A stretch of DNA of 64,000 bases from contig JAUICP010000003.1 of the NCBI GenBank assembly GCA_030427805.1, positions 515,758 to 579,757 on the forward strand, in the 5' to 3' direction. Origin of the DNA: Bdellovibrionia bacterium (GTDB lineage: Bacteria; Bdellovibrionota; Bdellovibrionia; Bdellovibrionales; JAGQZY01). The translations under genes were made by a program, and so were the position numbers. Below the pieces are notes generated by a model. It was given only the letters and a program-made list of their open reading frames with translations, searched no databases and was not told where the DNA came from. Positions 56,080 through 64,000 of this stretch are shown here, one piece after another. The stretch's first letter is position 1. Each line of letters starts with the position of its first letter.

Positions 56080-56808
56080 ATGAGGCGAGGAAAAGCTTTG
56101 TTCAACATTTTAGTATTATTAGTGGCGGGTCTCTTACTGAGTTCCTGTGGGGTTCAATCTACGGGCCGCAATAGAACCTTAAATACGGTCGATCTCGGTT
56201 CACAGTCGATCGCAGCCGAGTGCAATACTTTTTCGGCTTCGGGCTTACAAATGCTCGGACGCATAAAAACCTATACCGATAATAATGGCAATAACGCTGA
56301 GGATGTTCATCAGCTCGTTTTTTCAGATGTTCCCAATAGTTTTCTTGAGAGCTCTTCCCAAGCGATCCGCTTTTTTCGCTGGAAAGCCATGGGTACAGCA
56401 ACAGAATTAGATCCTGAAGCCCTAGATTTTAGAATTGAAGTCGACAATGGCTTTGGTACTTACATCCCAGTCACCGGCTACACTGATTACTTTACTAAAG
56501 ATGACCTTATTAAGATCAACTCGGATTACGCTCTTGGCGAAACTGATTATATTGCCGTATTGAGGCGACTTCGATTTGCGATCTTTGGCACCGACTTTTC
56601 TTATCAAGCACTGCAAGCCGTTCTTTATAACGAAGGTAGCATTGTAGGAAAGGCCGACATGTTACTTCCCCTCTTTGATGCCGATCCTGTGAGCTATGGA
56701 CTCACTCATGCGGATGTGCTGACTCAGCTTCACCCGCTTTATGGGCGCAACGATTTATCGCAAGAACAGATACTGGCTGCCGCCCAAGCTCTTTGCTCCG
56801 GCTTTTAA
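56080..56808 (+). CDS. lipoprotein, unknown function
   Basis: Lipobox LLSSC. Confidence 0.55.
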   Translation: MRRGKALFNILVLLVAGLLLSSCGVQSTGRNRTLNTVDLGSQSIAAECNTFSASGLQMLGRIKTYTDNNGNNAEDVHQLVFSDVPNSFLESSSQAIRFFRWKAMGTATELDPEALDFRIEVDNGFGTYIPVTGYTDYFTKDDLIKINSDYALGETDYIAVLRRLRFAIFGTDFSYQALQAVLYNEGSIVGKADMLLPLFDADPVSYGLTHADVLTQLHPLYGRNDLSQEQILAAAQALCSGF

Positions 56809-56825
56809 ACTTAATCCAATTTTTC

Positions 56826-57686
56826 TTAGTGGGAGGATTCTTTAATGACTTCCTCTGCTTGCAAATTCTCACCATGCCGATAGCGATCGACAAGTCCAGG
56901 ATCCGTGGTTGGAAAAGAAAATAACAAGACCTGACTATTAGGACTCTCTTCGACCGTAACGACGATGTACCATACATCACCAGGGTGATCTTCGAGATCG
57001 TTGTATTCGCGAATGAAATTCACCAAGACTTGCCCCGAATAATCGGCACTTCGCCAAATTTCATCCGCTTCATGAATGGCTTCTTCGCGAAGACTCGAAA
57101 ACTCATTAAACTGATTTTCAGGAATATCGTCAGTGCCTCGAAGTTTTAGCATGGCTTTATACAAGCCTACTGCTAAATCATCGCCCTCGCCGAGGGCATC
57201 CCCTTCGATCGCCCCGTACTCGACTTCCTTGATAATTCGATCATAAACTAAATCACCGCGACGATAGCGGTCGGCCACTCGATCAAGGCGCGTTGGAAAA
57301 TGTAAATAAATGAAAGTCGGCATATTTTCTGCCGTATAAGTTACCGCCACATAAAAAAGCGGCTGGTTGTTAATTTCAAAGTACTTCAAATAGTGATAGA
57401 TGGTCTTTCCAGGGATGCTTTTTTTGTCTTCCCAAATCTCGTCGGGCTGCTCGAGAGTGTCATCCAGGCAGGGAACAAAAAGCTCAGAATCTTCGTCACT
57501 GAAGTCGTCGTCCGGGCGCATTTTAATAAATTCTGACTCAAAAACCTCTACTTCCTTTTCAAAATACTGGTAGAGTTCTTCTTCATTGGCGAAAACAAGA
57601 CCACTGGCTTCATCTATCACTATTGATCTCCCCGGTTCAGAGTCTGTTAATGGTTTAAGAAGTTTCTTATTTTTTGGATCTTTCAA
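56826..57686 (-). CDS. acidic cytoplasmic protein, unknown function
   Basis: Long uninterrupted ORF, very D/E-rich, no signal peptide and no recognised motif. Confidence 0.5.
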   Translation of the reverse strand: MKDPKNKKLLKPLTDSEPGRSIVIDEASGLVFANEEELYQYFEKEVEVFESEFIKMRPDDDFSDEDSELFVPCLDDTLEQPDEIWEDKKSIPGKTIYHYLKYFEINNQPLFYVAVTYTAENMPTFIYLHFPTRLDRVADRYRRGDLVYDRIIKEVEYGAIEGDALGEGDDLAVGLYKAMLKLRGTDDIPENQFNEFSSLREEAIHEADEIWRSADYSGQVLVNFIREYNDLEDHPGDVWYIVVTVEESPNSQVLLFSFPTTDPGLVDRYRHGENLQAEEVIKESSH

Positions 57687-58054
57687 TAGACCTCACTTTT
57701 ACTGTGGTACAAACTAGCAAAACTGACAAGTCCCGCTTAGGGACATTATTTCAGAGGGTATAGTTTCTTGACCTGACCTTAAAAAAGCTTATCTAAAAGG
57801 ATAATTTTATTGACCAAATATGTCAAATTTTGATCTTTTCCCTTGCCACGATCTTTTTTCAATAAAAAACTGCTAATAAGAGGGTGTACTTTAAAGGTCT
57901 CGGTCACTGAATAGAAAAGAAATTATAGAGTCGTACCCTAGGCCAACGAGCTCACTCCTTTTAGAGTTTTAAACTCGACAACGATTAAAGCCTTTGATCC
58001 TATTTATTGATCTTATCATTTGAGCGATTCATTTGATCTGGTCACTTGATTTCG

Positions 58055-58102
58055 ATCAATAGTTCTTATCTATAGACTGAATCAATAGATTTAACCTATA
58101 GA
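58055..58102 (+). promoter_or_regulatory. tandem direct repeat of a bipartite site (ATCAATAG-N7-CTATAGA) x2, 26-bp phase
   Basis: atcaatag ttcttat ctataga at 58055-58076, and atcaatag atttaac ctataga at 58081-58102. They lie 42-89 nt upstream of the TTG start at 58144. Confidence 0.35.
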
Positions 58103-58143
58103 TTTTTCAGGGGCTTTAGGAAGTCATCGCAAGGAGGCGAAGC

Positions 58144-58464
58144 TTGACTCCCATAGAAGATAAAAATCTGGATCAGATAGAGTACTTGCTACAACTATCG
58201 AGCCAAGGCCACCATTTTTTATTCGAAAAACAGGACATCGTCAAAGCATTAAAAAAATCCGTTGATGACGAAAAAGACTTCTTTGATTTCGACAATAAGA
58301 ATCGAATTCAGAACCTCTTACTCCGAGTCATTGAGAAAGACTCCTTTTCTGAAAAGCAGTGCTTTCTCGAAACTCTACAGCCAGAAGACTACGAATTGGT
58401 GATTAGAGCCTACTTCCACCTGGTTGATAATACCATTTTGCAAAAATCAAATTTGAAGCACTAA
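58144..58464 (+). CDS. hypothetical protein
   Basis: TTG start preceded by AAGGAGG at a 6-nt spacing. 106 aa, helical. Confidence 0.55.
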   Translation: MTPIEDKNLDQIEYLLQLSSQGHHFLFEKQDIVKALKKSVDDEKDFFDFDNKNRIQNLLLRVIEKDSFSEKQCFLETLQPEDYELVIRAYFHLVDNTILQKSNLKH

Positions 58465-58500
58465 CTCTACTTTCTGGGAGCTTTTACCGATAAAAGCTCT

Positions 58501-58806
58501 ATGAAGAGAGTGTTCTTTACATTGTTTATTATCTCACTATCGATACAGGCCCATGCCGAGTATCGGGTTTTCGAATTGAGAATCGTTCATGTCGACACAG
58601 AAAAAGAACGAACAACACTTTCGACTTTAGACCAGTATCAATACCCCACATATTACCCAGTAAGCCTCAGAGAGCGGATCGATCTCGTCGACCACTGGCT
58701 GTGCCCGGAGAGAACCGATGGCATGGAGCTTTGTCCTAAGCCCATGCCCCGTTCGCCCGAAAAAGAACAGAATTCTATCGACCAGGACCTCATTCCTCAG
58801 GGGTAA
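58501..58806 (+). CDS. small secreted protein
   Basis: Signal peptide MKRVFFTLFIISLSIQAHA. Confidence 0.5.
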   Translation: MKRVFFTLFIISLSIQAHAEYRVFELRIVHVDTEKERTTLSTLDQYQYPTYYPVSLRERIDLVDHWLCPERTDGMELCPKPMPRSPEKEQNSIDQDLIPQG

Positions 58807-58888
58807 AAAATACCTCGATCCATAGTCGAATTATCGAAGTCTAGCACCAGACCTCCATTCAGCCCTGTATCAATATGATACAATTAAG

Positions 58889-60469
58889 TTGAGTGAGGAG
58901 TCGTTCGTGTCTAATAGCATTTCTAGGACCAGAGAAAGTAATAACATTAAGCTTCAAGAGCTTAATGAAGACTTTGAGGCCCAGAAGCAAAACCTAAAGC
59001 GTCGCAATGAGATGAAACTCGATCGTCTCAAGCGAGACTACGAAAACAAAGAATCCGAACTCCGTAGACAAAATGAAGCGACGATTAATCACATACGAGA
59101 AACAACAAAACGTCAGGTTTCTCAAGCCAGAAACTCACAAGACCTACAAATCGAGAATGATCAAAGAGCTTTTGAAAAGCGCTATCAGGATTTAAAGAAG
59201 AAACAACGAGAAAAGCTCGCTCGACTCGAAAGCAAAATTAACCGCGAAGAAAATTTAACTGAAAACAAAATTGATCGCCTAAGAAACAAGCAAATTGAAT
59301 TGCAAAACGAGGAATCTCGAAAGTCTCGGGAATTCGCAAAATCTCAACAAGATGAGCGAAAGAAGCTTGTACAGAAATTTCAAGCTTCAATGGAAAATGT
59401 CAAAAAAGATCAACAAGAGAAACTTCGACAAGCTCGAGGCCAGAGCCGAGAGGAACTTGAGCAACTCCAATACGAGAGTAAAATTAAGTCTGAAGATATT
59501 CGGAAAAGCCAAAAAGCTGAACTTGAGCGAGCGAAAAAAACGAATCTCTCACAACTTAAAAACATCAAAGTTGAAAACGAAAACAAGTTAAATCGCCAGC
59601 GCGAAGAGTACAACGAGAGCACCAAACTCATGACGAATCGTCACCAAAATATTCAACAAAAAGAACTCATGGATCACGAAGCTCGAATTACAAGTATGCG
59701 CGATAAGAACGAAAAAGATCTGATGCGGGCGAGAGAAATACAGCAAACTCAACAGAATAAGTTACAAACTGAAAATCAAAAAGAATTGCAAAGAATCCAG
59801 CGTGAGAAAGAATTTAAAGCCGAACAACAAGAAATCAAATTTGAGAATCTTGAGAAAAAACAAAAAACTGAACACGATCAAAAACTCGAAGAGCAAAAAA
59901 AGAATTATGTCGGAGAACGAGATAAAAGGTTTGAAACTCACCAAGTTAACCTAAAGAGAGATGATCGTATTTACCAAGATAGTCTCAACAGACAAAAAGC
60001 TGACTTTGAAACTCAGCTCGATCGAGATAAAACCTTGTACTCGGCAAAGATCAACACCCAAAGAAACCTATTTTCTCGGCAGATTGCTGAAGAACAACTC
60101 AACTTCGTCAAAGAACTCGATAGTTACACCAGCAAAAAAGGAGACCCTTTTTACAACCTGCCAGAAATCGGGGCAAGGCTTCGTGAAAATAACAACAGCT
60201 ACTTAGTTGAGGCTCGAATTCCAGAACACGAAAAAGAAAATATAAAATTAAAGGTACAAAAGGATAAAATATCAGTTCTTGGCCAAAGAGAACATAAAGA
60301 TGAAATACGAGATGACTCTAGCCTACTCAAAACTTCAAGCTTTCAATCATTCAGACAAGAATTCAAATTGGATCAACCCGCCGAAGAAAAGGTGGCAATA
60401 AAAGATTATAAAGATGGAATTCTCAGGGTTCTCGTCCCAAAAGTTGGATTTAAGCTAACTGAATCCTAA
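58889..60469 (+). CDS. long K/E/Q-rich coiled-coil protein with C-terminal Hsp20/alpha-crystallin domain
   Basis: About 420 aa of charged heptad-like low-complexity sequence. It is followed by YLVEARIPEHEKENIKLKVQKDKISVLGQRE...FRQEFKLDQP...AIKDYKDGILRVLVPK, the ACD pattern. The start could be TTG 58889 or GTG 58907. Confidence 0.75.
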   Translation: MSEESFVSNSISRTRESNNIKLQELNEDFEAQKQNLKRRNEMKLDRLKRDYENKESELRRQNEATINHIRETTKRQVSQARNSQDLQIENDQRAFEKRYQDLKKKQREKLARLESKINREENLTENKIDRLRNKQIELQNEESRKSREFAKSQQDERKKLVQKFQASMENVKKDQQEKLRQARGQSREELEQLQYESKIKSEDIRKSQKAELERAKKTNLSQLKNIKVENENKLNRQREEYNESTKLMTNRHQNIQQKELMDHEARITSMRDKNEKDLMRAREIQQTQQNKLQTENQKELQRIQREKEFKAEQQEIKFENLEKKQKTEHDQKLEEQKKNYVGERDKRFETHQVNLKRDDRIYQDSLNRQKADFETQLDRDKTLYSAKINTQRNLFSRQIAEEQLNFVKELDSYTSKKGDPFYNLPEIGARLRENNNSYLVEARIPEHEKENIKLKVQKDKISVLGQREHKDEIRDDSSLLKTSSFQSFRQEFKLDQPAEEKVAIKDYKDGILRVLVPKVGFKLTES

Positions 60470-60471
60470 TT

Positions 60472-60690
60472 TTACTTGCGAACAATAAGTGTTTTAACTT
60501 CAGACATCATAAAATCAAGGCGCGAAGTGAGGCGCTCGAGTTTATTGATATTGGCTTTGAAATCCTCAAGAACCGAGGACTGAGGAAGGGAATAAGCCTG
60601 AAGACTATTACTCACCTTAGCGATTCTATTGGAATCACGGAGAGTAAGGTTTTCTTCAATATCTTTGGCGATATTCTTTTCAAGATTCAT
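60472..60690 (-). CDS. hypothetical small helical protein
   Basis: 72-aa ORF convergent with the sHSP-fusion gene. No motif. Confidence 0.35.
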   Translation of the reverse strand: MNLEKNIAKDIEENLTLRDSNRIAKVSNSLQAYSLPQSSVLEDFKANINKLERLTSRLDFMMSEVKTLIVRK

Positions 60691-60905
60691 TCAGGTATTC
60701 TCCTTCGAGGGCCGTAAATTTCTTTATTCGACTCACTCATGGTAGCTAGAGGCCATTCAGACCAACAACTTAAATTAACTTACATTCGTCTAGCGACCTA
60801 GCGCATTGTAGCCCTCTGAAATATTTTTAGAGAACCACTACCCTTTTTATTTTCAAACATAGGGCCACTTCAAGTGAAGCGCTAATCCATTGTTTTTACT
60901 AAAGA

Positions 60906-61526
60906 TTAATATTCACAGGACAAAGATGTGAGGTCTAATTCACTGGGCTCTCGACGCAAAGTGGCGCTAGCCAAGGTTGTGACCATTACACTTCCTTGAC
61001 CTTGGGTGTGGGCTAGACCTAGAGCGTGTCCGAGTTCGTGTAATATTAAGCTCTGGAGATCAACCGAGCCTTTGACCGGATTCTCTCCATTAAAAAATTC
61101 AAAATTCTTTGCATTCACACGAATGTCAGCTTCATAAATTCGATCGCTCGACCAGTATATTGTGGTTCTCGCTTGCTCGAAGCTTCGATCCGGTTCCCAC
61201 TCTGAAAGCCAATAAATAATATTGGCATTATCTTTCTGCGGTAAATCTGTGGCATTGGTCCATCCACCAAGCTTGAGAAGGTTGCGGCCAAAGCGCGCAT
61301 TCCACTTATCAAGAGCCTGCTCGATATCATTAAAATACTCACCGGGAACTGATCTATGGATATAGAAGATAACGGGAACGTCGTTTTCCCAAGATACGCG
61401 CCTCTTCAAACTGTTTTGCACAAAATTACAGTTTTCTTGGGGCTCTGGCTTCTGGGCACAAGCTTGAAAGAAAAGCCCAAGCAAAAGCAATCCAGCAGCA
61501 ACATATCGTACAGCACTATTATTCAA
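60906..61526 (-). CDS. matrixin-like zinc metalloprotease lipoprotein (M10-type)
   Basis: HELGHALGLAHTQGQGSVM matches HExxHxxGxxH plus a Met-turn. Lipobox FFQAC. I prefer the TTG at 61526, which has GGAGG 5 nt upstream, over the track start at 61565. Confidence 0.82.
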   Translation of the reverse strand: MNNSAVRYVAAGLLLLGLFFQACAQKPEPQENCNFVQNSLKRRVSWENDVPVIFYIHRSVPGEYFNDIEQALDKWNARFGRNLLKLGGWTNATDLPQKDNANIIYWLSEWEPDRSFEQARTTIYWSSDRIYEADIRVNAKNFEFFNGENPVKGSVDLQSLILHELGHALGLAHTQGQGSVMVTTLASATLRREPSELDLTSLSCEY

Positions 61527-62077
61527 AACGACCTCCAACCAGCTAATAGGCAAAGGGAATACCAAGCTGCTGCCGAAAACACCTCTCTAAGTATAAGATA
61601 TTGCTACGAAAATTAAAGAGCCAGGAAGACCAAAGATGGGCACTGTCTAACAGCTTACGGCACGGGCCTGTTTTCTCAAAAGGACCTCAGAAACTACTAA
61701 TATTACTTATGATTTTTAAATGGCTAGATATTTTACAAAGCTCCGACCATAAAGGTCGCCGATAGTGAGAATCATGAAAAAATTTGGTGTCATAGTGGAA
61801 CCATTACTATTTAAAAAACGGGTCGGTTTTGAATACTGGGCTCAGGTCCGCTTTGAGGCCCTTTACAAGGCCATTTTGACTCTAAAACAGATGGTCCCAG
61901 CTTTGCTCTATAGAAGACTAACCGACCGGCTCTTCCACGACCGTGGGTCCGCTAGAGCTACTTTCCTGTCACGTAATCATGTCTGTATAGAGGGAGAATT
62001 CTCCTCCCTCTCCTATCGCCTTTTTTCTGCTCTTAAGATGAATTTTGGAACCAACAAGAAGTCGTTGGCGCAAAGAA

Positions 62078-62758
62078 TTAATGCTGGGGCTCTGTGTGAT
62101 AAAAACGGTAGCCGACACCGCGAACGGTTTCGATATTGCCACCAAACTCGCTGAGTTTTTTACGCAACGAAGCCATGTGCACATCTATCGTACGATCGGT
62201 CACGTTCAAGTTTCCAAGGGCTCGCTCTCGCAGTTTTTCACGAGAAAGGACCTGACCCGAACGCTTCATGAGTTCAGATAAAATTTTGAATTCAGTCAGC
62301 GTCAAAGGAACTTCTTTTCCCCCGAGGATAACCCTATGGGCAGAAAAATCGATTTCTAATCCACCGGCCACTAACTTCTTTTGATACTCTTCTTCAGAAA
62401 TACGGCGGTGCACAGCACGAATTCTCGCCGCCAACTCACGGGGGTAGGCAGGCTTCGTCACATAATCGTCCGCACCTAATTCGAGAGCTGCGACTTTATC
62501 TTCTTCACCGGTTAAACCCGTGACCATAATAATTGGAAGACGACTGACCTTAGGACTCGAACGGACTTCTTGAACAATTTCTGCACCTGATTTTCCAGGC
62601 AATACCTGATCGAGTAAAAGAACGTCTGGATTATGCACTGTTAACTGAGCTTGAAGATTCGAACCATTCTCGAGAACAACAACTTCGAACTCTTCACTTA
62701 AACTTGAGCGAAGGTGGTCTCTCATTTCTTCTTCGTCTTCGATAATCATTACCTTCAT
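62078..62758 (-). CDS. OmpR/PhoB-family response regulator
   Basis: Receiver domain (MIIEDEEE, LLLDQVLPG phospho-Asp, KP) plus a winged-helix domain (LTLTEFKILSEL...VRGVGYRF). Start set at the Met with a GGAGTGAG RBS. Confidence 0.92.
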   Translation of the reverse strand: MKVMIIEDEEEMRDHLRSSLSEEFEVVVLENGSNLQAQLTVHNPDVLLLDQVLPGKSGAEIVQEVRSSPKVSRLPIIMVTGLTGEEDKVAALELGADDYVTKPAYPRELAARIRAVHRRISEEEYQKKLVAGGLEIDFSAHRVILGGKEVPLTLTEFKILSELMKRSGQVLSREKLRERALGNLNVTDRTIDVHMASLRKKLSEFGGNIETVRGVGYRFYHTEPQH

Positions 62759-63037
62759 CAACTCACTCCAATTACTAGTATGATTCTCACTTTTGTTTGT
62801 GTTCTTATACATAACATCCTAAGCCTTGTTAAATCACTCGAATAAATTACTAAATATTATTTATTTAGTACCCATCCACCAAAGCTTGGCAAGGTCATGA
62901 CCACTATTTCAAACAAAAGTCTAAGATAGCAAAAGTTAAGAACATGTAAAGGTATCGACCCTTTTTACACTTATTTTAAACAAAAAAGGCTTTATACAAT
63001 GCTCCACCCCAAGAATCCACGACTCAAGCACATAGGT

Positions 63038-63988
63038 TTAGTGAAGATTCTCATTTTGCAAATCACGCATTATCATTTCGAGATCTTGGACTTCGATATG
63101 ATAGGCTTTGCCACACATCTGGCATTGTGACTCGATGCTTTCATTTTCTTCTATGGAGCGCTTAATTTCTTCCAACCCAAGTAGTTTCATGGACCGTAAA
63201 AGCCTCTTCTTCGTGCAGGGACAGCTGTAATGAATTGGGTGATCGTGATCGATGGCTATGATCTCCATCCCCTTGGTAAAGGCCTGGGCGACATCCAACT
63301 CACTAGCTCCCTGACTAAAGGCTTCCGAAACGATCGGCGCATCCTGCAAATTCTCTTCGAGCTGATCGATCACCTTCGGGTCAGAACCTGGCATAAGTTG
63401 AATAATAATTCCACCAGCGCCATCAACCATTCCGTATTCGGTGAGATGAACACCAAGTGAAAGTAAAGTTGGAATTTGATGGGACTGCTGAAAGTAATAG
63501 GCCAGATCTTCGGCAATCTCACCACTTCGCACTTCGACGGTTCCCCGGTAGGGCAATGCTGACTGGGGCTTAAAACTACTGACCGTCAAAAGCCCCCCAT
63601 CGACGTAAGGAGAGAGGATCAAACCTTGTTGTGGCTGCCAATCGAGCTGGGGATCACTGGCGTAGCCCCTGACTTTTCCATCGAAAGTGGCATGGGCGTA
63701 GATCCGCCCGAGGGGTCCATTCATATTAAAATCCAAAGCCACTTCTTGGTTTTCTTTAAGTTGGCTCGCCATCAGAAGCGCGCCCGTAATCGTTCTGCCC
63801 AGGGCAACTGTGGCTATGGGGTTGGTGTGCTGGATTTGTCGGACGGACTCGACGACTGAGCCCGAGTTGACCACAGAAATTCGGCAGCTGAGGTCTTTGC
63901 TCATGTAGCGATGAACTCGATGCTCTGAGGGCTCCCCAGAAGGCTTACCTGAACTACTACTGTTCGATGAATCACTTTTATCAGACAT
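63038..63988 (-). CDS. hslO: redox-regulated chaperone Hsp33
   Basis: Hsp33 core, and a C-terminal zinc centre with CPC and CQMC (CxC...CxxC). Confidence 0.92.
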   Translation of the reverse strand: MSDKSDSSNSSSSGKPSGEPSEHRVHRYMSKDLSCRISVVNSGSVVESVRQIQHTNPIATVALGRTITGALLMASQLKENQEVALDFNMNGPLGRIYAHATFDGKVRGYASDPQLDWQPQQGLILSPYVDGGLLTVSSFKPQSALPYRGTVEVRSGEIAEDLAYYFQQSHQIPTLLSLGVHLTEYGMVDGAGGIIIQLMPGSDPKVIDQLEENLQDAPIVSEAFSQGASELDVAQAFTKGMEIIAIDHDHPIHYSCPCTKKRLLRSMKLLGLEEIKRSIEENESIESQCQMCGKAYHIEVQDLEMIMRDLQNENLH

Positions 63989-64000
63989 GTTTCTCTGAAT

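Noticed and set aside
57960-58110. Cluster of GATC and TTATC-containing motifs in an AT-rich spacer, considered as a replication origin.
   Set aside because: There are no consensus DnaA boxes (TTATCCACA), only TTATCATT and TTATCTAT. No dnaA, dnaN or gidA context is present. The repeats are better explained as transcription-factor sites.
59295-59944. Alternative-frame ORFs (59295..59591 +, 59410..59631 -, 59762..59944 -) inside the coiled-coil/sHSP gene.
   Set aside because: They are artefacts of the A/G-rich, low-complexity codon repeats of the main frame. They have no independent signals.
61765-62154. 129-aa plus-strand ORF in the spacer downstream of the response regulator.
   Set aside because: It overlaps the 3' end of the well-supported convergent regulator gene by 77 nt and runs through a strong hairpin. 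It has no recognisable motif or convincing RBS. I left it uncalled, although a shorter real peptide cannot be excluded.

Overview
AT-rich chromosomal segment with densely packed genes. I saw no rRNA, CRISPR array, transposase or integrase. The gene content points to a predatory Bdellovibrio-like or Bacteriovoracaceae-type bacterium; this is inference only. It includes a type IV pilin, motAB, a Myxococcus-type Agl/Glt-like gliding operon and several secreted proteases (astacin, matrixin-like, subtilisin). Confident housekeeping calls are dnaJ-dnaK, clpS-clpA, hslO, dinB, mutS2, lnt, an Slt-type lytic transglycosylase, tRNA-His, a histidine kinase, an OmpR-type regulator and a Ser/Thr kinase.

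The most interesting locus is 5.1-10.9 kb. It holds an FkbH-like loader and carrier protein, an MBOAT, a membrane-anchored SGNH/DltD-like protein, and a 43-aa microprotein absent from the ORF track that ends in FIYERF. That ending resembles the DltX acyl-shuttle motif. Together these look like a Dlt-type envelope acylation pathway whose donor is not D-alanine, a combination I do not know as characterised.

Other oddities:
- A 35-bp inverted repeat pair brackets an astacin cassette.
- A 125-nt long-stem hairpin abuts the tRNA-His 3' end, next to a GC-rich structured element.
- A 444-bp mosaic palindrome exactly fills the gap between two convergent genes.
- A coiled-coil protein is fused to an Hsp20 domain.
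- Candidate sigma-54, sigma-28 and sigma-32 promoters are readable by eye.

All family assignments come from motifs read by eye; no database search was run.
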